Positions 28,637-38,592 of a DNA stretch of 64,000 nt are shown here, in pieces. The stretch is taken from assembly GCA_963735035.1 (NCBI GenBank), contig CAVTJJ010000004.1:576001-640000 (forward strand), in the 5' to 3' direction. The translations under genes and the position numbers were made by a program. The stretch is from an uncultured candidate division Zixibacteria bacterium (GTDB lineage: Bacteria > Zixibacteria > MSB-5A5 > GN15 > FEB-12). Position 1 is the first letter of the stretch. The number at the start of each line of letters is the position of its first letter. The notes beneath the pieces are model-generated. The model did not search any database and was not told the origin of the DNA. It saw only the letters and a list, made by a program, of their open reading frames with translations.

Positions 28637-29707
28637 TTACTTCGGTAGTTCGTCCGGCGGGATCGGTTTTTCGTTGGCCACTGAGGGATTCGTGCTGACG
28701 GCCGCCCGATTCAAGAAGGCAACCAGAGCTCCGATCTCTTTTTGAGAGAGTCCCATCGGCAGCATGAGGGGATCCAGGTTGGTGTCATCCGGCCCACCGC
28801 CCCGATTATAGAGACGTATTACGTCATCCAGAGTCTTCTCCGTACCGTTGTGCAAATAGGGTGCGCGCGACGCGACGTCACGCATTGTCGGCGTCTTGAA
28901 TTTGCCCACATCGGACGTATCTTTAGTCACCGCCTGTCGACCTATGTCGGTCTTGGCTCCGGCGGCCGGGGCGACCCCAAGATTGTGGAAACGGCCGTCA
29001 CTGAAATAACTTCCCCAGTGACAAAGCGTACAACGACCCTTGCCGTTGAAAATCTCCAGTCCTTTGGTCTCTAACTTGGTGAGAGCCGATTGATCACCCC
29101 GGACATAGCGATCGAACGGCGAATCGGTGGTCACAATCGTGCGCTCATAAGCGGCGATTGCTTTCGCCACTTGGTCGAGTGTGATCGGAGTGGTGCCGAA
29201 CACGTTCTTGAAGGCGTCGACATACCCCTGGTTGTAACCCACCGTGCGAAGCATGTCATCGTGGGTGTTGCCCATCTCGATAGGATTGGCAATCGGCCCC
29301 TTGGCCTGCTCTTCCAGGCTGGGGGCGCGGCCGTCCCAGAATTGCAGCGGAGAGTAGGCGGCGTTCACAACGGGGGGAGCGCGCCGTCCGCCTCGCTGAC
29401 TCTTGATCCCTTCGCTGGTCGGACCGGCGTCGGACCAACCCATTGTCGGACTGTGGCAGGTGGCGCAGGCGATTGTGCTGTCCTTGGAAAGTCTCTTGTC
29501 GTAATAGAGTTGCTTACCCAGCAGTACCTTGGCGTCGGTTTGCGGGTTGTCGTTAGGCACCATTACCGGTGGCAGATTTCCCAATCTCTCGGGGCCGAGA
29601 GACTGAACATTGACAGTTGTGATTGGGGGAGCCTGGTTGTCGGCGGCGATTACGAATGATCCCATGACCAACCCGCCCAGGACAATCAATGTGAAGTGTT
29701 TTCCCAT
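28637..29707 (-). CDS. Di-heme cytochrome c peroxidase (bCcP/MauG superfamily)
   Basis: LGKQLYYDKRLS, CATCH, QFWDGRA, NPIEMG, CTLCH, FKTPTMR, PYLHNG. Confidence 0.93.
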   Translation of the reverse strand: MGKHFTLIVLGGLVMGSFVIAADNQAPPITTVNVQSLGPERLGNLPPVMVPNDNPQTDAKVLLGKQLYYDKRLSKDSTIACATCHSPTMGWSDAGPTSEGIKSQRGGRRAPPVVNAAYSPLQFWDGRAPSLEEQAKGPIANPIEMGNTHDDMLRTVGYNQGYVDAFKNVFGTTPITLDQVAKAIAAYERTIVTTDSPFDRYVRGDQSALTKLETKGLEIFNGKGRCTLCHWGSYFSDGRFHNLGVAPAAGAKTDIGRQAVTKDTSDVGKFKTPTMRDVASRAPYLHNGTEKTLDDVIRLYNRGGGPDDTNLDPLMLPMGLSQKEIGALVAFLNRAAVSTNPSVANEKPIPPDELPK

Positions 29708-29917
29708 CTCATCCCTTCCTTTCTGATCGCCGGTTGGCAAGATCAGGCAAAACATCGCCAGAATTGGCGATCTTCTAATCCAAGATCGTTGTGCTGCAAT
29801 ATAAGGTCAACAGTAAACTTAGCAGCTCTACGCGCGACCGTTGTCTTGGTGATCACTTCTCCGTGGGGGCTAGACCTTCCGGCTCGCCCCTCAGCGGCAC
29901 ACGCGGCACTCGATCAA

Positions 29918-30099
29918 TGGCCTGTTGAAAAAGCCTGTCTAATCGTCATTGCGAGCGGAGATGTCCCGTCACCAGGCGGGACAGCGTAGCGCGGCAATCT
30001 CAAGTTCGTTGTCGCAGCGTCATTTGAGATCGCCACGTCTCGCCCGCGAAGCGCGGTCGAAACTCGCGATGACGGGGAAGGGACTTTCTCAACACTCCC
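29918..30099 (+). mobile_element. MITE-like element (copy 2) with a TCAA target-site duplication, inserted in a REP loop
   Basis: TIRs GGCCTGTTGAAAAAG / CTTTCTCAACACTCC; TCAA at 29914-29917 and 30100-30103. Confidence 0.8.
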
Positions 30100-30222
30100 T
30101 CAACTCGGGGGCAGGCAGTGTGCCACCGGCGATATTGTCCTTCAGTGGTTCCTAAGGCGAGACTTCCGACATCGTAGATAATTGTAACCCAAGATTGTTT
30201 TCTATCGTATATAGCCACTGAA

Positions 30223-31110
30223 ATGATCAGCGTTAAGTCTCTTGCCAAGAAGTTCGGTGCCATCACGGCTGTCGATGGAATCTCATTCACCATCGCGCCC
30301 GGTTCACTGTTCGGACTATTGGGGCCGAACGGAGCCGGGAAGAGCACGACTATTAATATGATGGTAGGGGCGCTGGCTCCCGACAGTGGGACAGTCAGCA
30401 TCGATGGCACCAATGATCCCACCCAACCGTCAGTGCGGGCGAAAATCGGCAATGCGCCTCAGGCATTGGCGATCTATGAAGACCTTACGGCCGAAGAGAA
30501 CCTGGCCTTTTTCGCCAGGCTCTACGGTTTGCACGGAGCCATGTTGAAAGAACGGGTGGCGTTCTGTCTGGATTTTGCGGGATTGACCGAGCGCAAAGCC
30601 GACCGGGTGGGAACTTACTCCGGCGGCATGAAACGTCGCCTCAACATGGCCTGTGCAATTGTCCACGATCCGCAGATAATCTTATTCGATGAACCGACCG
30701 TCGGTGTCGATCCACAGTCGCGCTATCTAATCTTCGATCAGATCGACCGTCTGCGGCGCGAAGGCCGCACGATAGTCTATACCACCCACTACATGGAAGA
30801 GGCCCAGCGGCTGTGTGACACGGTGGCGATCATCGATCACGGCAAGATCTTAGAATTGGATTCCGTACACAATCTGATAGCGCGACATGGCGGCAAAGCG
30901 GTCGTGACGGCCGAGCTCGATAAAGTTCCCGAGGGTAAGCAACTTCCTGGAGCAGTGATCGAAGGACAACTACGATTCGAGAGCGACCGGCCGTTGGAGG
31001 ATGTCGCTCGACTGCATGCGGACGGGATCGAATTCCACACGCTCAAAGTAGACAATCCCGATCTGGAATCGGTATTCCTGAATCTTACCGGACGGAGGTT
31101 GCGCGACTGA
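30223..31110 (+). CDS. ABC-2 type exporter ATP-binding protein
   Basis: [34 protein letters not shown]. Confidence 0.95.
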   Translation: MISVKSLAKKFGAITAVDGISFTIAPGSLFGLLGPNGAGKSTTINMMVGALAPDSGTVSIDGTNDPTQPSVRAKIGNAPQALAIYEDLTAEENLAFFARLYGLHGAMLKERVAFCLDFAGLTERKADRVGTYSGGMKRRLNMACAIVHDPQIILFDEPTVGVDPQSRYLIFDQIDRLRREGRTIVYTTHYMEEAQRLCDTVAIIDHGKILELDSVHNLIARHGGKAVVTAELDKVPEGKQLPGAVIEGQLRFESDRPLEDVARLHADGIEFHTLKVDNPDLESVFLNLTGRRLRD

Positions 31111-32393
31111 TGCGGGTTGCCTTTACGATAGCCCTGAAGGACCTCCGTCAGCTCTGGCGCGACCGGTTCGGACTGTTCTGGGTTCTGATGTTCCCGTTGC
31201 TCATGGCACTTTTCTTTGGCGCCATGTATTCCGGGGGGGACGACTCGGTCCGGAAGCTCAGGGTGGCGTGGGTGAATGAGAATGTGTCTGAACCCGCCGC
31301 CAAGTATCGGGGCGAACTGGCTAAATCAAGCGCGCTGACGATGATCGACTTGCCGATGGATTCGGCTCGCCAGGCGGTGGCCTCCGGCAAACTCGTGGCC
31401 TACATTCAGTATCTGCCCACCGATTCGGCAGGCACGACATATTTCGGACCGACACCTGGGAATATCAAGGTGGGGATAGATCCATCGCGCAAAGCCGAGG
31501 CGGGCTATCTCGAAGGCATTCTGACTCAGGCATATTTCAATCGCATGCAGAGCATGTTCACGAATTATTCGGGTGCCCGCGATTGGATTCGACAGGGGAT
31601 GGCGGGAATCGACAGTGCCCCCGGAATGACGCCGGAGCAGAAATCCGGATACTTGAGTTCACTTAAGCTTTTCGACACCGCCATGGCGAGCATCGCCCGA
31701 GTCGACAGCGGTGCCGACTCGAATGCGTCGAACGCTTCCCCGTTCGGGAAAGTGAATCTCAAATTCGAAGATGTTGCCGTGGCGCACCAGGGTCCGCGCT
31801 CAAGCTGGGAGATAACATTCCCGCAATCGCTGCAGTGGGCGATGATCGGCTGCGTGGCGGCGTTTGCTCTGGGGCTCGTGGTTGAGCGCACACGCGGAAC
31901 TTACATGAGACTGAGACTGGCGCCCATTACCCGCACGCAAATACTCGCGGGCAAAGGACTGGCCTGTTTTATGGCCAGTACTTCGGTTTGCCTGCTCCTG
32001 ATATTCTTCGGTATCCTCGTCTTCAAAGTTCGGGTTGCATCATACCCGCTCTTGCTTGCGGCCATTGTGTCTGCGGCTATCTGTTTTGTAGGCATCATGA
32101 TGCTGGTCAGCGTTCTAGGGAAGACCGAGAATTCGGTCGGCGGTGCCGGATGGGCGATCATGCTGGTCATGTCTATGACCGGCGGCGGCATGGTGCCGCT
32201 GATGTTCATGCCGTCGTGGCTGGGTACCATAAGCAATTTCAGCCCGATCAAGTGGAGCATATTGGCCCTTGAGGGGGCTATCTGGCGCGGTTTCGGCTGG
32301 AGCGAGATGATCACGCCTCTGGCGATCTTGATCAGCATTGGAGTAATCGGATTCGCAATAGGGGTGACCGTCCTGCGCCGGTCCGAGATATAG
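31110..32393 (+). CDS. ABC-2 type exporter permease
   Basis: KDLRQLWRDR, large extracytoplasmic loop, ERTRGTYMRL, GGGMVPL; coupled to the ATPase. Confidence 0.92.
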   Translation: MRVAFTIALKDLRQLWRDRFGLFWVLMFPLLMALFFGAMYSGGDDSVRKLRVAWVNENVSEPAAKYRGELAKSSALTMIDLPMDSARQAVASGKLVAYIQYLPTDSAGTTYFGPTPGNIKVGIDPSRKAEAGYLEGILTQAYFNRMQSMFTNYSGARDWIRQGMAGIDSAPGMTPEQKSGYLSSLKLFDTAMASIARVDSGADSNASNASPFGKVNLKFEDVAVAHQGPRSSWEITFPQSLQWAMIGCVAAFALGLVVERTRGTYMRLRLAPITRTQILAGKGLACFMASTSVCLLLIFFGILVFKVRVASYPLLLAAIVSAAICFVGIMMLVSVLGKTENSVGGAGWAIMLVMSMTGGGMVPLMFMPSWLGTISNFSPIKWSILALEGAIWRGFGWSEMITPLAILISIGVIGFAIGVTVLRRSEI

Positions 32394-32443
32394 CCCCTCT
32401 CCGCTCGGGTCTCTCTCTGTGTGCCGGTGGGTGCACATAAGAA

Positions 32444-32471
32444 ACCGGGCGGGTCTTGCGACCCGCCCGGT
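32444..32471. terminator. Hairpin between convergent genes (probable terminator)
   Basis: Perfect 12-bp stem ACCGGGCGGGTC-TTGC-GACCCGCCCGGT. Confidence 0.7.
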
Positions 32472-32499
32472 GCAGTATTCGAACGAAACATTCGCGCCG

Positions 32500-35133
32500 T
32501 TACTTCAGGAGTAGCATCTTCTTTGACAACGTCAGATCAGACGTCGTCAGTCGATAGAAGTACACGCCCGAAGCCACCGGGTTGCCGGATTGATCGGTCG
32601 AATGCCATTCGACTTCCCATTGTCCGGCGCCCTTAGTCTCGTTTACCAGCGTGATTACCCGCTGGCCGATTACGTTGTAGATCTCCAACGTAACGTGGGT
32701 AGCCGCAGGGAGAGAGTAGCTGATAGTGGTGGACGGGTTGAACGGGTTCGGATAGTTCTGATCCAGAGCATATCCTTCCGGAAGCGTCACATCGGCCACA
32801 TCGTCACCCATTTCGGTCCAGCCGTCGGAAGCTCCAACAACCGAAGAAACACAGAAGTTGTCGAAATAGGAGTTCGAATTGTTGTAGCCGACGCCGACCA
32901 ATCCGGAACGGACCGCAGCGAATTTATACGACTTAACCGATGTTGTTCCCACCTTGGCGGTAACCGTACCGTCCGAAGCGGCGATAACGGTCACGGCATA
33001 CCAGGTGCCGGAACTGAATGAGTAGCTCGCATAACCACGGGTGTAATTGGTGCCGCTGGTGCGCTCGCAGATATTGACGCGATTGGCAACGTCGTCAAAT
33101 TCAACATAGCGATAGTTGCTGGCATCAGTGTATCCCATGATAATGCGGGCTTTGCGCTGAGTCCGCCCGGTGCTCATCCGAATATCCGAGTTGATCGTAG
33201 CCGTAGAGAAAGTTCCGAACGGCGACGTCAGCTTGGCATTGGTCGTGGTCGAGTTGCCGCGCAGGGTGCTGGTCGAAATGGTCCAGGTGCCGGTGGAATT
33301 GGTCCAGCCGGTGAAGTTGCCGTCGTTGAAATCATCACACTGCTGCGCCGGAGGCGTGCTCACCGTGATGTATCCGGTCTTGGTCAGCGTGTTCGAACCA
33401 TAGGCGTTCGTAGCGGTCAGGCTGACCGTGTAAGTTCCCGCCGTCGTGTAAGCATGTGACGGATTCTGCAGGGTCGAAGTGCCTGCATCGCCGAAGTCCC
33501 AACTCCAACTGGTCGGGCCGTTGGTTGAGGCATCGGTGAAGACTACCGTCAACGGCGCATTGCCCGAAAGCGGCGTCCCTGAGAAAGCGGCCACCGGCGG
33601 GTTGGTGTTCGGAGCCGAGACGGTAATGTAACCGGTCTTGGTCAGACCGTTTGAACCGTAAGCATTGGTCGCGGTCAGAGTCACCGAGTAAGTCCCCGCC
33701 GTGGTGTAAGCATGCGACGGATTCTGCGCGGTCGAAGTGCCACCGTCGCCGAATGTCCAGCTCCAACTGGTCGGGCTGCCGGTAGAGGCATCGGTGAAAG
33801 CAACGGTGAGCGGCGCAGTGCCGGATAGCGGGGTGCCGGAGAACGCCGCTACTGGCGGATTGTTGCTGATCGACGACAGCGCGGCGCTGGCATTCACCAG
33901 ACCATAGCCATAGTATTGATCCCAGCCGGCCGAACCCAGATCGGTCGCGGTATTCTGCAAAGCGGCCCGGACCGCATCCGGAGTCATAGTGCCGCCGTTC
34001 TTGGCAATCAACAGGGCGGCGACGCCGGCGACGTGCGGACAAGCCATCGACGTGCCTTCATAGAAATAGTAGCCGAAGGTGCCGTAGTTGACACCGTCGT
34101 GAGTCTGCTGCAACACGCCGTCAACGTATCCGTCGCCGTTCTGGTCGACCGTCACATCTCCGCCAGGGGCGCAGATGTCAATGGTCGAACCGTAGCTCGT
34201 GTAGGACGTATAAGTCCGGTTGTAACGGACGGCCGAGACGGAAATGCACTGGGTATAGGAGGCCGGATACTGCAAAGCTGAAGTGCCCGCGTTACCGGCG
34301 GCGCACACGATCGTGACACCCCGGTTGTAGGCGTAGATCACAGCGTTCTGCAAGGCGGTTGAGCCCGACGCGCCGCCGAGACTCATGTTGATTACCTTGG
34401 CGCCGTTATCGGCCGCGAAGGTAATGCCGTTAACGATGTTGGTATAGGTGCCGTTGCCAGTGGCGTCGAGAACCTTCACCGGCATGATGCTGCAGTTGTA
34501 CGCTACACCGGTTACGCCGAGACTGTTGTTGGTCGTCTGGGCGATAGTTCCGGTGACGTGCGTGCCGTGGGCGCAGTCATCGTTCGGGTGAGTGTCGTTG
34601 TTGACGAAGTCATATCCGGGGACGAAAGTGGTGCCGGCCAGGTCGGGAGCCTGCGTGAAGCCGCCGTAGGTTTCATAGGCGACGCCACAGTCGATAACCG
34701 CCACGACCACGCCCGTACCGGTCGATTGATCCCACGCCGCAGGCATATTGATGAGCGGCATGTGCCATTGGTACACATAGTACGGATCATTCGGGGTCAT
34801 GAAGGCGTGGGCGATATAGTTCGGCTCGGCGTATTCCACGTCGGGCCGGCTGCTGAATGCGGACACCATCTCTTCGACCGTCTTACCGGCCGGGACTCTG
34901 AGCAGATTGATGCCGATTTGGGCGTTGGTGGAAACCAACGTGGTGCCGAGGTCCGCCTGGGCGGTCGAGGCTTGTTGACGTGTTACGCCGTCTCTGAATT
35001 TTACAATGATTTCGCCGGGGGCGTAAGTGTCAGTGCTTGCCGAGACGCAGGTTTGACCCACGTGGAAGTCTTCGGCCGCGGACGCGGCGCTGAATAGGGC
35101 AACAACTATCAGGAATGTAAGAAATGCTCTCAT
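32500..35133 (-). CDS. Secreted S8 subtilase with I9-like prodomain, two PKD domains and a FlgD-Ig/CTD tail
   Basis: VAVIDCG, HGTHVTG, GTSMACPHVAG; two PKD repeats (WSWTFGDG, WSWDFGDA); QNYPNPFNPST...SGVYFYRL...KMLLLK. Confidence 0.95.
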   Translation of the reverse strand: MRAFLTFLIVVALFSAASAAEDFHVGQTCVSASTDTYAPGEIIVKFRDGVTRQQASTAQADLGTTLVSTNAQIGINLLRVPAGKTVEEMVSAFSSRPDVEYAEPNYIAHAFMTPNDPYYVYQWHMPLINMPAAWDQSTGTGVVVAVIDCGVAYETYGGFTQAPDLAGTTFVPGYDFVNNDTHPNDDCAHGTHVTGTIAQTTNNSLGVTGVAYNCSIMPVKVLDATGNGTYTNIVNGITFAADNGAKVINMSLGGASGSTALQNAVIYAYNRGVTIVCAAGNAGTSALQYPASYTQCISVSAVRYNRTYTSYTSYGSTIDICAPGGDVTVDQNGDGYVDGVLQQTHDGVNYGTFGYYFYEGTSMACPHVAGVAALLIAKNGGTMTPDAVRAALQNTATDLGSAGWDQYYGYGLVNASAALSSISNNPPVAAFSGTPLSGTAPLTVAFTDASTGSPTSWSWTFGDGGTSTAQNPSHAYTTAGTYSVTLTATNAYGSNGLTKTGYITVSAPNTNPPVAAFSGTPLSGNAPLTVVFTDASTNGPTSWSWDFGDAGTSTLQNPSHAYTTAGTYTVSLTATNAYGSNTLTKTGYITVSTPPAQQCDDFNDGNFTGWTNSTGTWTISTSTLRGNSTTTNAKLTSPFGTFSTATINSDIRMSTGRTQRKARIIMGYTDASNYRYVEFDDVANRVNICERTSGTNYTRGYASYSFSSGTWYAVTVIAASDGTVTAKVGTTSVKSYKFAAVRSGLVGVGYNNSNSYFDNFCVSSVVGASDGWTEMGDDVADVTLPEGYALDQNYPNPFNPSTTISYSLPAATHVTLEIYNVIGQRVITLVNETKGAGQWEVEWHSTDQSGNPVASGVYFYRLTTSDLTLSKKMLLLK

Positions 35134-35551
35134 TTCCCTGTCCTTCTTCGGTTGTGAGGTTGACTGCATTTGATGGGCAGAATAGGTATATCAGTTGGGT
35201 CTGATATGCGGCCTCTCCTCAATTGCAGCGATAATTAGTTATTCAGATCTATGCGAACCGAAATGCAATACGGTCTTTCGCTGTCGGCATCACCTCCTTC
35301 AAATAAGGGCCAAGAGGACCTTTACTTAGAATGCGGCCGTTGCCACAGATGCAGGCGCAGGTAAGATGTCTGAACTATATGGCGTGTGTTTGATTTAACC
35401 TAGAGACAAAGTATCTCGTTCAAAGACGGAGTGCAACATGTTTTTGCCGACAGGACCGATTCCAACCGGACAGGAATTGTATCAGACTGGAGCATCGCAC
35501 GCGATTTAGTCTATTGCTCCGGACCAGCCGGTACTTATCTTGTCACACGCT

Positions 35552-36946
35552 ATGAACTTACCTTCCGACGATACCCGCACCACCAAGAGCGCCGCCCTAA
35601 TAGTCGCCACCCTGAGTTCATTCCTGGGGCCGTTCATGGGGGCGTCGGTGACGGTCGCCTTACCTACCATAGGGCAGGATTTTTCTATGAGCGCCGTGTC
35701 GCTCGGGTGGGTTAACACAGCCCTGCTTCTGGCTGCCGCCGCGTTTGTTGTGCCGTTCGGTCGCCTGGGCGATATTTACGGACGCAAACGGATATATCTG
35801 TGGGGTATAGTAGTTTTCACCGTTTCGTCGGCTCTGATCGCGGTCGCACAGTCGGGCACGGCCCTCATCTGGTTTCGGGTTCTTCAAGGCTTTGGATCGT
35901 CCATGATCTTTGCTACCGGGATGCCGATTTTGATCTCGGTCTATCCGGCCGGGGAGAGAGGCAAAGCTCTCGGGATTGCCGTCTCGGCGGTCTACCTTGG
36001 ACTATCAGTAGGCCCGTTTCTGGGCGGTCTGATCACACAGTATTTCGGTTGGCGCTTTATATTCTGGCTGAATGTGCCCCTCGGGCTTCTCCTGATAGCG
36101 GTTATCTTCTTGATGCTCAAGGGAGACTGGGCCGAGGCGAGAGGTTCCAAATTCGATCTGGTCGGGTCGATCATCCTCGGGCCCTCACTTCTGCTGACCA
36201 TGTACGGTTTCTCGACGCTGCCGTCGGTCAAAGCTGCAATTATGATCGCGGTCGGTCTGGCAGGTTTGACACTCTTTGTCATATACGAACAGAAGATCGC
36301 CCACCCGCTCTTGGACATCGCCCTGTTTCGACAAAATGCGGTATTTGCATTTTCCAATCTGGCCGCCATGATCAACTATGCGGCGACTTTCGCGGTGGGG
36401 TTCATCCTCAGTCTATACCTGCAGAACCTTAAAGGATTGTCGCCCACCGACGCCGGTCTGGTCCTCATGGCCCAGCCGATTGTCCAGACTATCTTTTCGC
36501 CTCTGGCCGGACGGCTTTCCGATAAGACCGAGCCGCGCACGGTGGCCTCGACCGGAATGGCGTTGTGTCTGGTCGGTCTGATTCTACTTTTGTTCCTGAC
36601 GGCCGATTCATCGCTGACCTTTGTGGTCATCTGCCTGATAATCCTGGGACTGGGATTCGCCTTGTTTACGTCGCCCAACACGAACGCCATCATGAGCTCG
36701 ATCGAACGGCGCCATATAGGGGTGGCGGGGGCGATGGTTGGCATGGTGCGGCAACTGGGCATGATGTTCTCGATGGGAATTCTTATGATGTTGATGGCGA
36801 TATTCCTCGGGAAGTCGGAGTTGGAACCGTCCGTCTACGGCAGCTTTATGATTTGTTCGCGGGTGACGTTCGCGGTCTTCGGCGGACTGAGCATCATCGG
36901 GATTTTCGCCTCCCTGGCGCGCGGGAAGATGCGATCGGCGGTGTGA
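35552..36946 (+). CDS. MFS transporter (DHA2/EmrB-QacA-like)
   Basis: VTVALPTIG, GRLGDIYGRKR, WRFIFWLNVP, SPNTNAIMS; about 14 TMs. Confidence 0.93.
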   Translation: MNLPSDDTRTTKSAALIVATLSSFLGPFMGASVTVALPTIGQDFSMSAVSLGWVNTALLLAAAAFVVPFGRLGDIYGRKRIYLWGIVVFTVSSALIAVAQSGTALIWFRVLQGFGSSMIFATGMPILISVYPAGERGKALGIAVSAVYLGLSVGPFLGGLITQYFGWRFIFWLNVPLGLLLIAVIFLMLKGDWAEARGSKFDLVGSIILGPSLLLTMYGFSTLPSVKAAIMIAVGLAGLTLFVIYEQKIAHPLLDIALFRQNAVFAFSNLAAMINYAATFAVGFILSLYLQNLKGLSPTDAGLVLMAQPIVQTIFSPLAGRLSDKTEPRTVASTGMALCLVGLILLLFLTADSSLTFVVICLIILGLGFALFTSPNTNAIMSSIERRHIGVAGAMVGMVRQLGMMFSMGILMMLMAIFLGKSELEPSVYGSFMICSRVTFAVFGGLSIIGIFASLARGKMRSAV

Positions 36947-36950
36947 ATCT

Positions 36951-37040
36951 GTGGCTGGTGGACGTCCTCGTCCACCAGCGGTGAGAGATGTTGGCGGACG
37001 AGGACCCCCGATCAAGTCGGGGGCAGGCTCCGCCAACCAC
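36951..37040. repeat. REP doublet GTGG...CCAC with GGTGGACGTCCTCGTCCACC and a CCCCGATCAAGTCGGGG loop
   Basis: Palindromes; related copies at about 2305-2357 and 47889-47910. Confidence 0.8.
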
Positions 37041-37089
37041 GGTGATATCTTCGCTGGCTTGCCAACCCACAGATTCTTATATTTCCCCC

Positions 37090-37950
37090 ATGCAGATAAT
37101 ACGGTCCATAAAGAAGATGCAGGCCGCCACCCGACTGTGCGCGGCTCGCGGCAAGAAGATCGCCATCGTCCCGACCATGGGCGCGCTTCATGAAGGCCAC
37201 CAGTCGCTCATCAAGCGAGCCGTCAGAGAAGCGGACGTGGTCATCACTACTATCTTTGTCAACCCCGCCCAGTTCGCGCCGCATGAAGACCTCGGTAAGT
37301 ATCCCCGCGACGAGAAGAACGACCTTCAAAAGATCGAAGCCGCTCTAGGACGACGGAAAGCGAGCGGCATCGTGTTCATGCCGAAAGCGACCGATGTCTA
37401 TCCCGAAGGTTTCCAAACCTGGGTGGACGTGGTCGAACTCACTGACACGCTCGAAGGGGCTCGGCGACCGGGGCATTTCAAGGGCGTGACCACGATTGTT
37501 GCCAAGCTGTTCAATATCTGCCGCCCGGACATCGCCGTGTTCGGTATGAAAGATTTCCAACAGGCGGTTGTACTCAAACGAATGACCCACGACCTCGGCT
37601 ATCCGATCAAGTATGTCATTGCACCGACCGTGCGCGAGTCCGATGGCCTGGCGATGTCATCGCGCAATCGGTATTTCGATGAATCCCAACGCTGGGAGGC
37701 GGTGGCTTTGTACTATGCGTTGAAATCGGCCCGGTCGATGGTGGCCGCCGGGATTCGCGAGACGAGGGAGATCGAGAAAGAGATGCGGGCGGTGATTTTG
37801 GCGACCTGCCCGACCTCGGAGATCCATTACATAGCGTTCACCGATTTCGATACGTTGAAAACGGTTGATCCGGTGCGCCGGGGGACGGTTTGTTCGTTGT
37901 CGGTCAAGATTCACGGAGTGAGTTTGATTGACAATATGAAGTTGGGGTAG
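37090..37950 (+). CDS. panC: Pantoate--beta-alanine ligase
   Basis: VPTMGALHEGH, IFVNPAQF, RPGHFKGV, GMKDFQQ, RESDGLAMSSRN, LIDN. Confidence 0.97.
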   Translation: MQIIRSIKKMQAATRLCAARGKKIAIVPTMGALHEGHQSLIKRAVREADVVITTIFVNPAQFAPHEDLGKYPRDEKNDLQKIEAALGRRKASGIVFMPKATDVYPEGFQTWVDVVELTDTLEGARRPGHFKGVTTIVAKLFNICRPDIAVFGMKDFQQAVVLKRMTHDLGYPIKYVIAPTVRESDGLAMSSRNRYFDESQRWEAVALYYALKSARSMVAAGIRETREIEKEMRAVILATCPTSEIHYIAFTDFDTLKTVDPVRRGTVCSLSVKIHGVSLIDNMKLG

Positions 37951-37977
37951 GGGGGGACGGGCTATTGGTCGTGGCAA

Positions 37978-38592
37978 TCAAAGAGAACCGATTCGAATTC
38001 TGAAGTTGATCTCTCCCGAGTGTACCAGCCTATTCTCATTTCCAATTCCGTATACTTTCGGACGGTATTGAACCCCTACCGACGTCCCTAACCACTTTGT
38101 GGTCATTCCCAAGGTTGCCCCGGCCATTGCCCGGTTCTCGTGGGTTCGGCCCTTTTCCTCTTGTGAATTAAGCCGGTCGTAATATTCCACGGCGCCGTCA
38201 GCATATTCATAAGTAGTTGTAGTCTCCGTTCCAATGCCGACGTTGAATCCTACTCGTATGTCCGTGGATTCCCTTTGCGGCAAGCGAAATACACGAGTCA
38301 ATTCGACGGCAAAGACATCTATGAACCGATTGGTGTCCCGAACCGGAGTCTCCATTGTCATGAAAACAGACTGATCCGTCTCCCAAGATAGCGAAGCAGC
38401 CCACTTCTTGTTGTATTCGACCCCAATGCCAAACCCGAGCCAACCGGATAGATGTTCGTGCATCGTTTGATGAATGTGAATGGGGGAGATGGTGAGGAAT
38501 AGTTGTGCGTCGGCAGTACAAACAACAGGCGCAAATGAGATTAGGAAGACACCAACTAGTACAAGCTTACGTTGCATTGCCTGAGGCTCCAT
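37978..38592 (-). CDS. Hypothetical secreted/outer-membrane beta-strand-rich protein
   Basis: Signal-like N-terminus and amphipathic strands; no recognised motif. Confidence 0.55.
   Translation of the reverse strand: MEPQAMQRKLVLVGVFLISFAPVVCTADAQLFLTISPIHIHQTMHEHLSGWLGFGIGVEYNKKWAASLSWETDQSVFMTMETPVRDTNRFIDVFAVELTRVFRLPQRESTDIRVGFNVGIGTETTTTYEYADGAVEYYDRLNSQEEKGRTHENRAMAGATLGMTTKWLGTSVGVQYRPKVYGIGNENRLVHSGEINFRIRIGSL

Noticed and set aside
29746..29761. Sigma-54 promoter (TGGCGATGTTTTGC, minus strand) upstream of the peroxidase
   Set aside because: GG-to-GC spacing is 9 nt rather than the required 10.
35289..35299. 16S rRNA fragment (ATCACCTCCTT)
   Set aside because: Only the 11-nt tail matches and flanks are not rRNA-like; treated as an SD-like element on the opposite strand.
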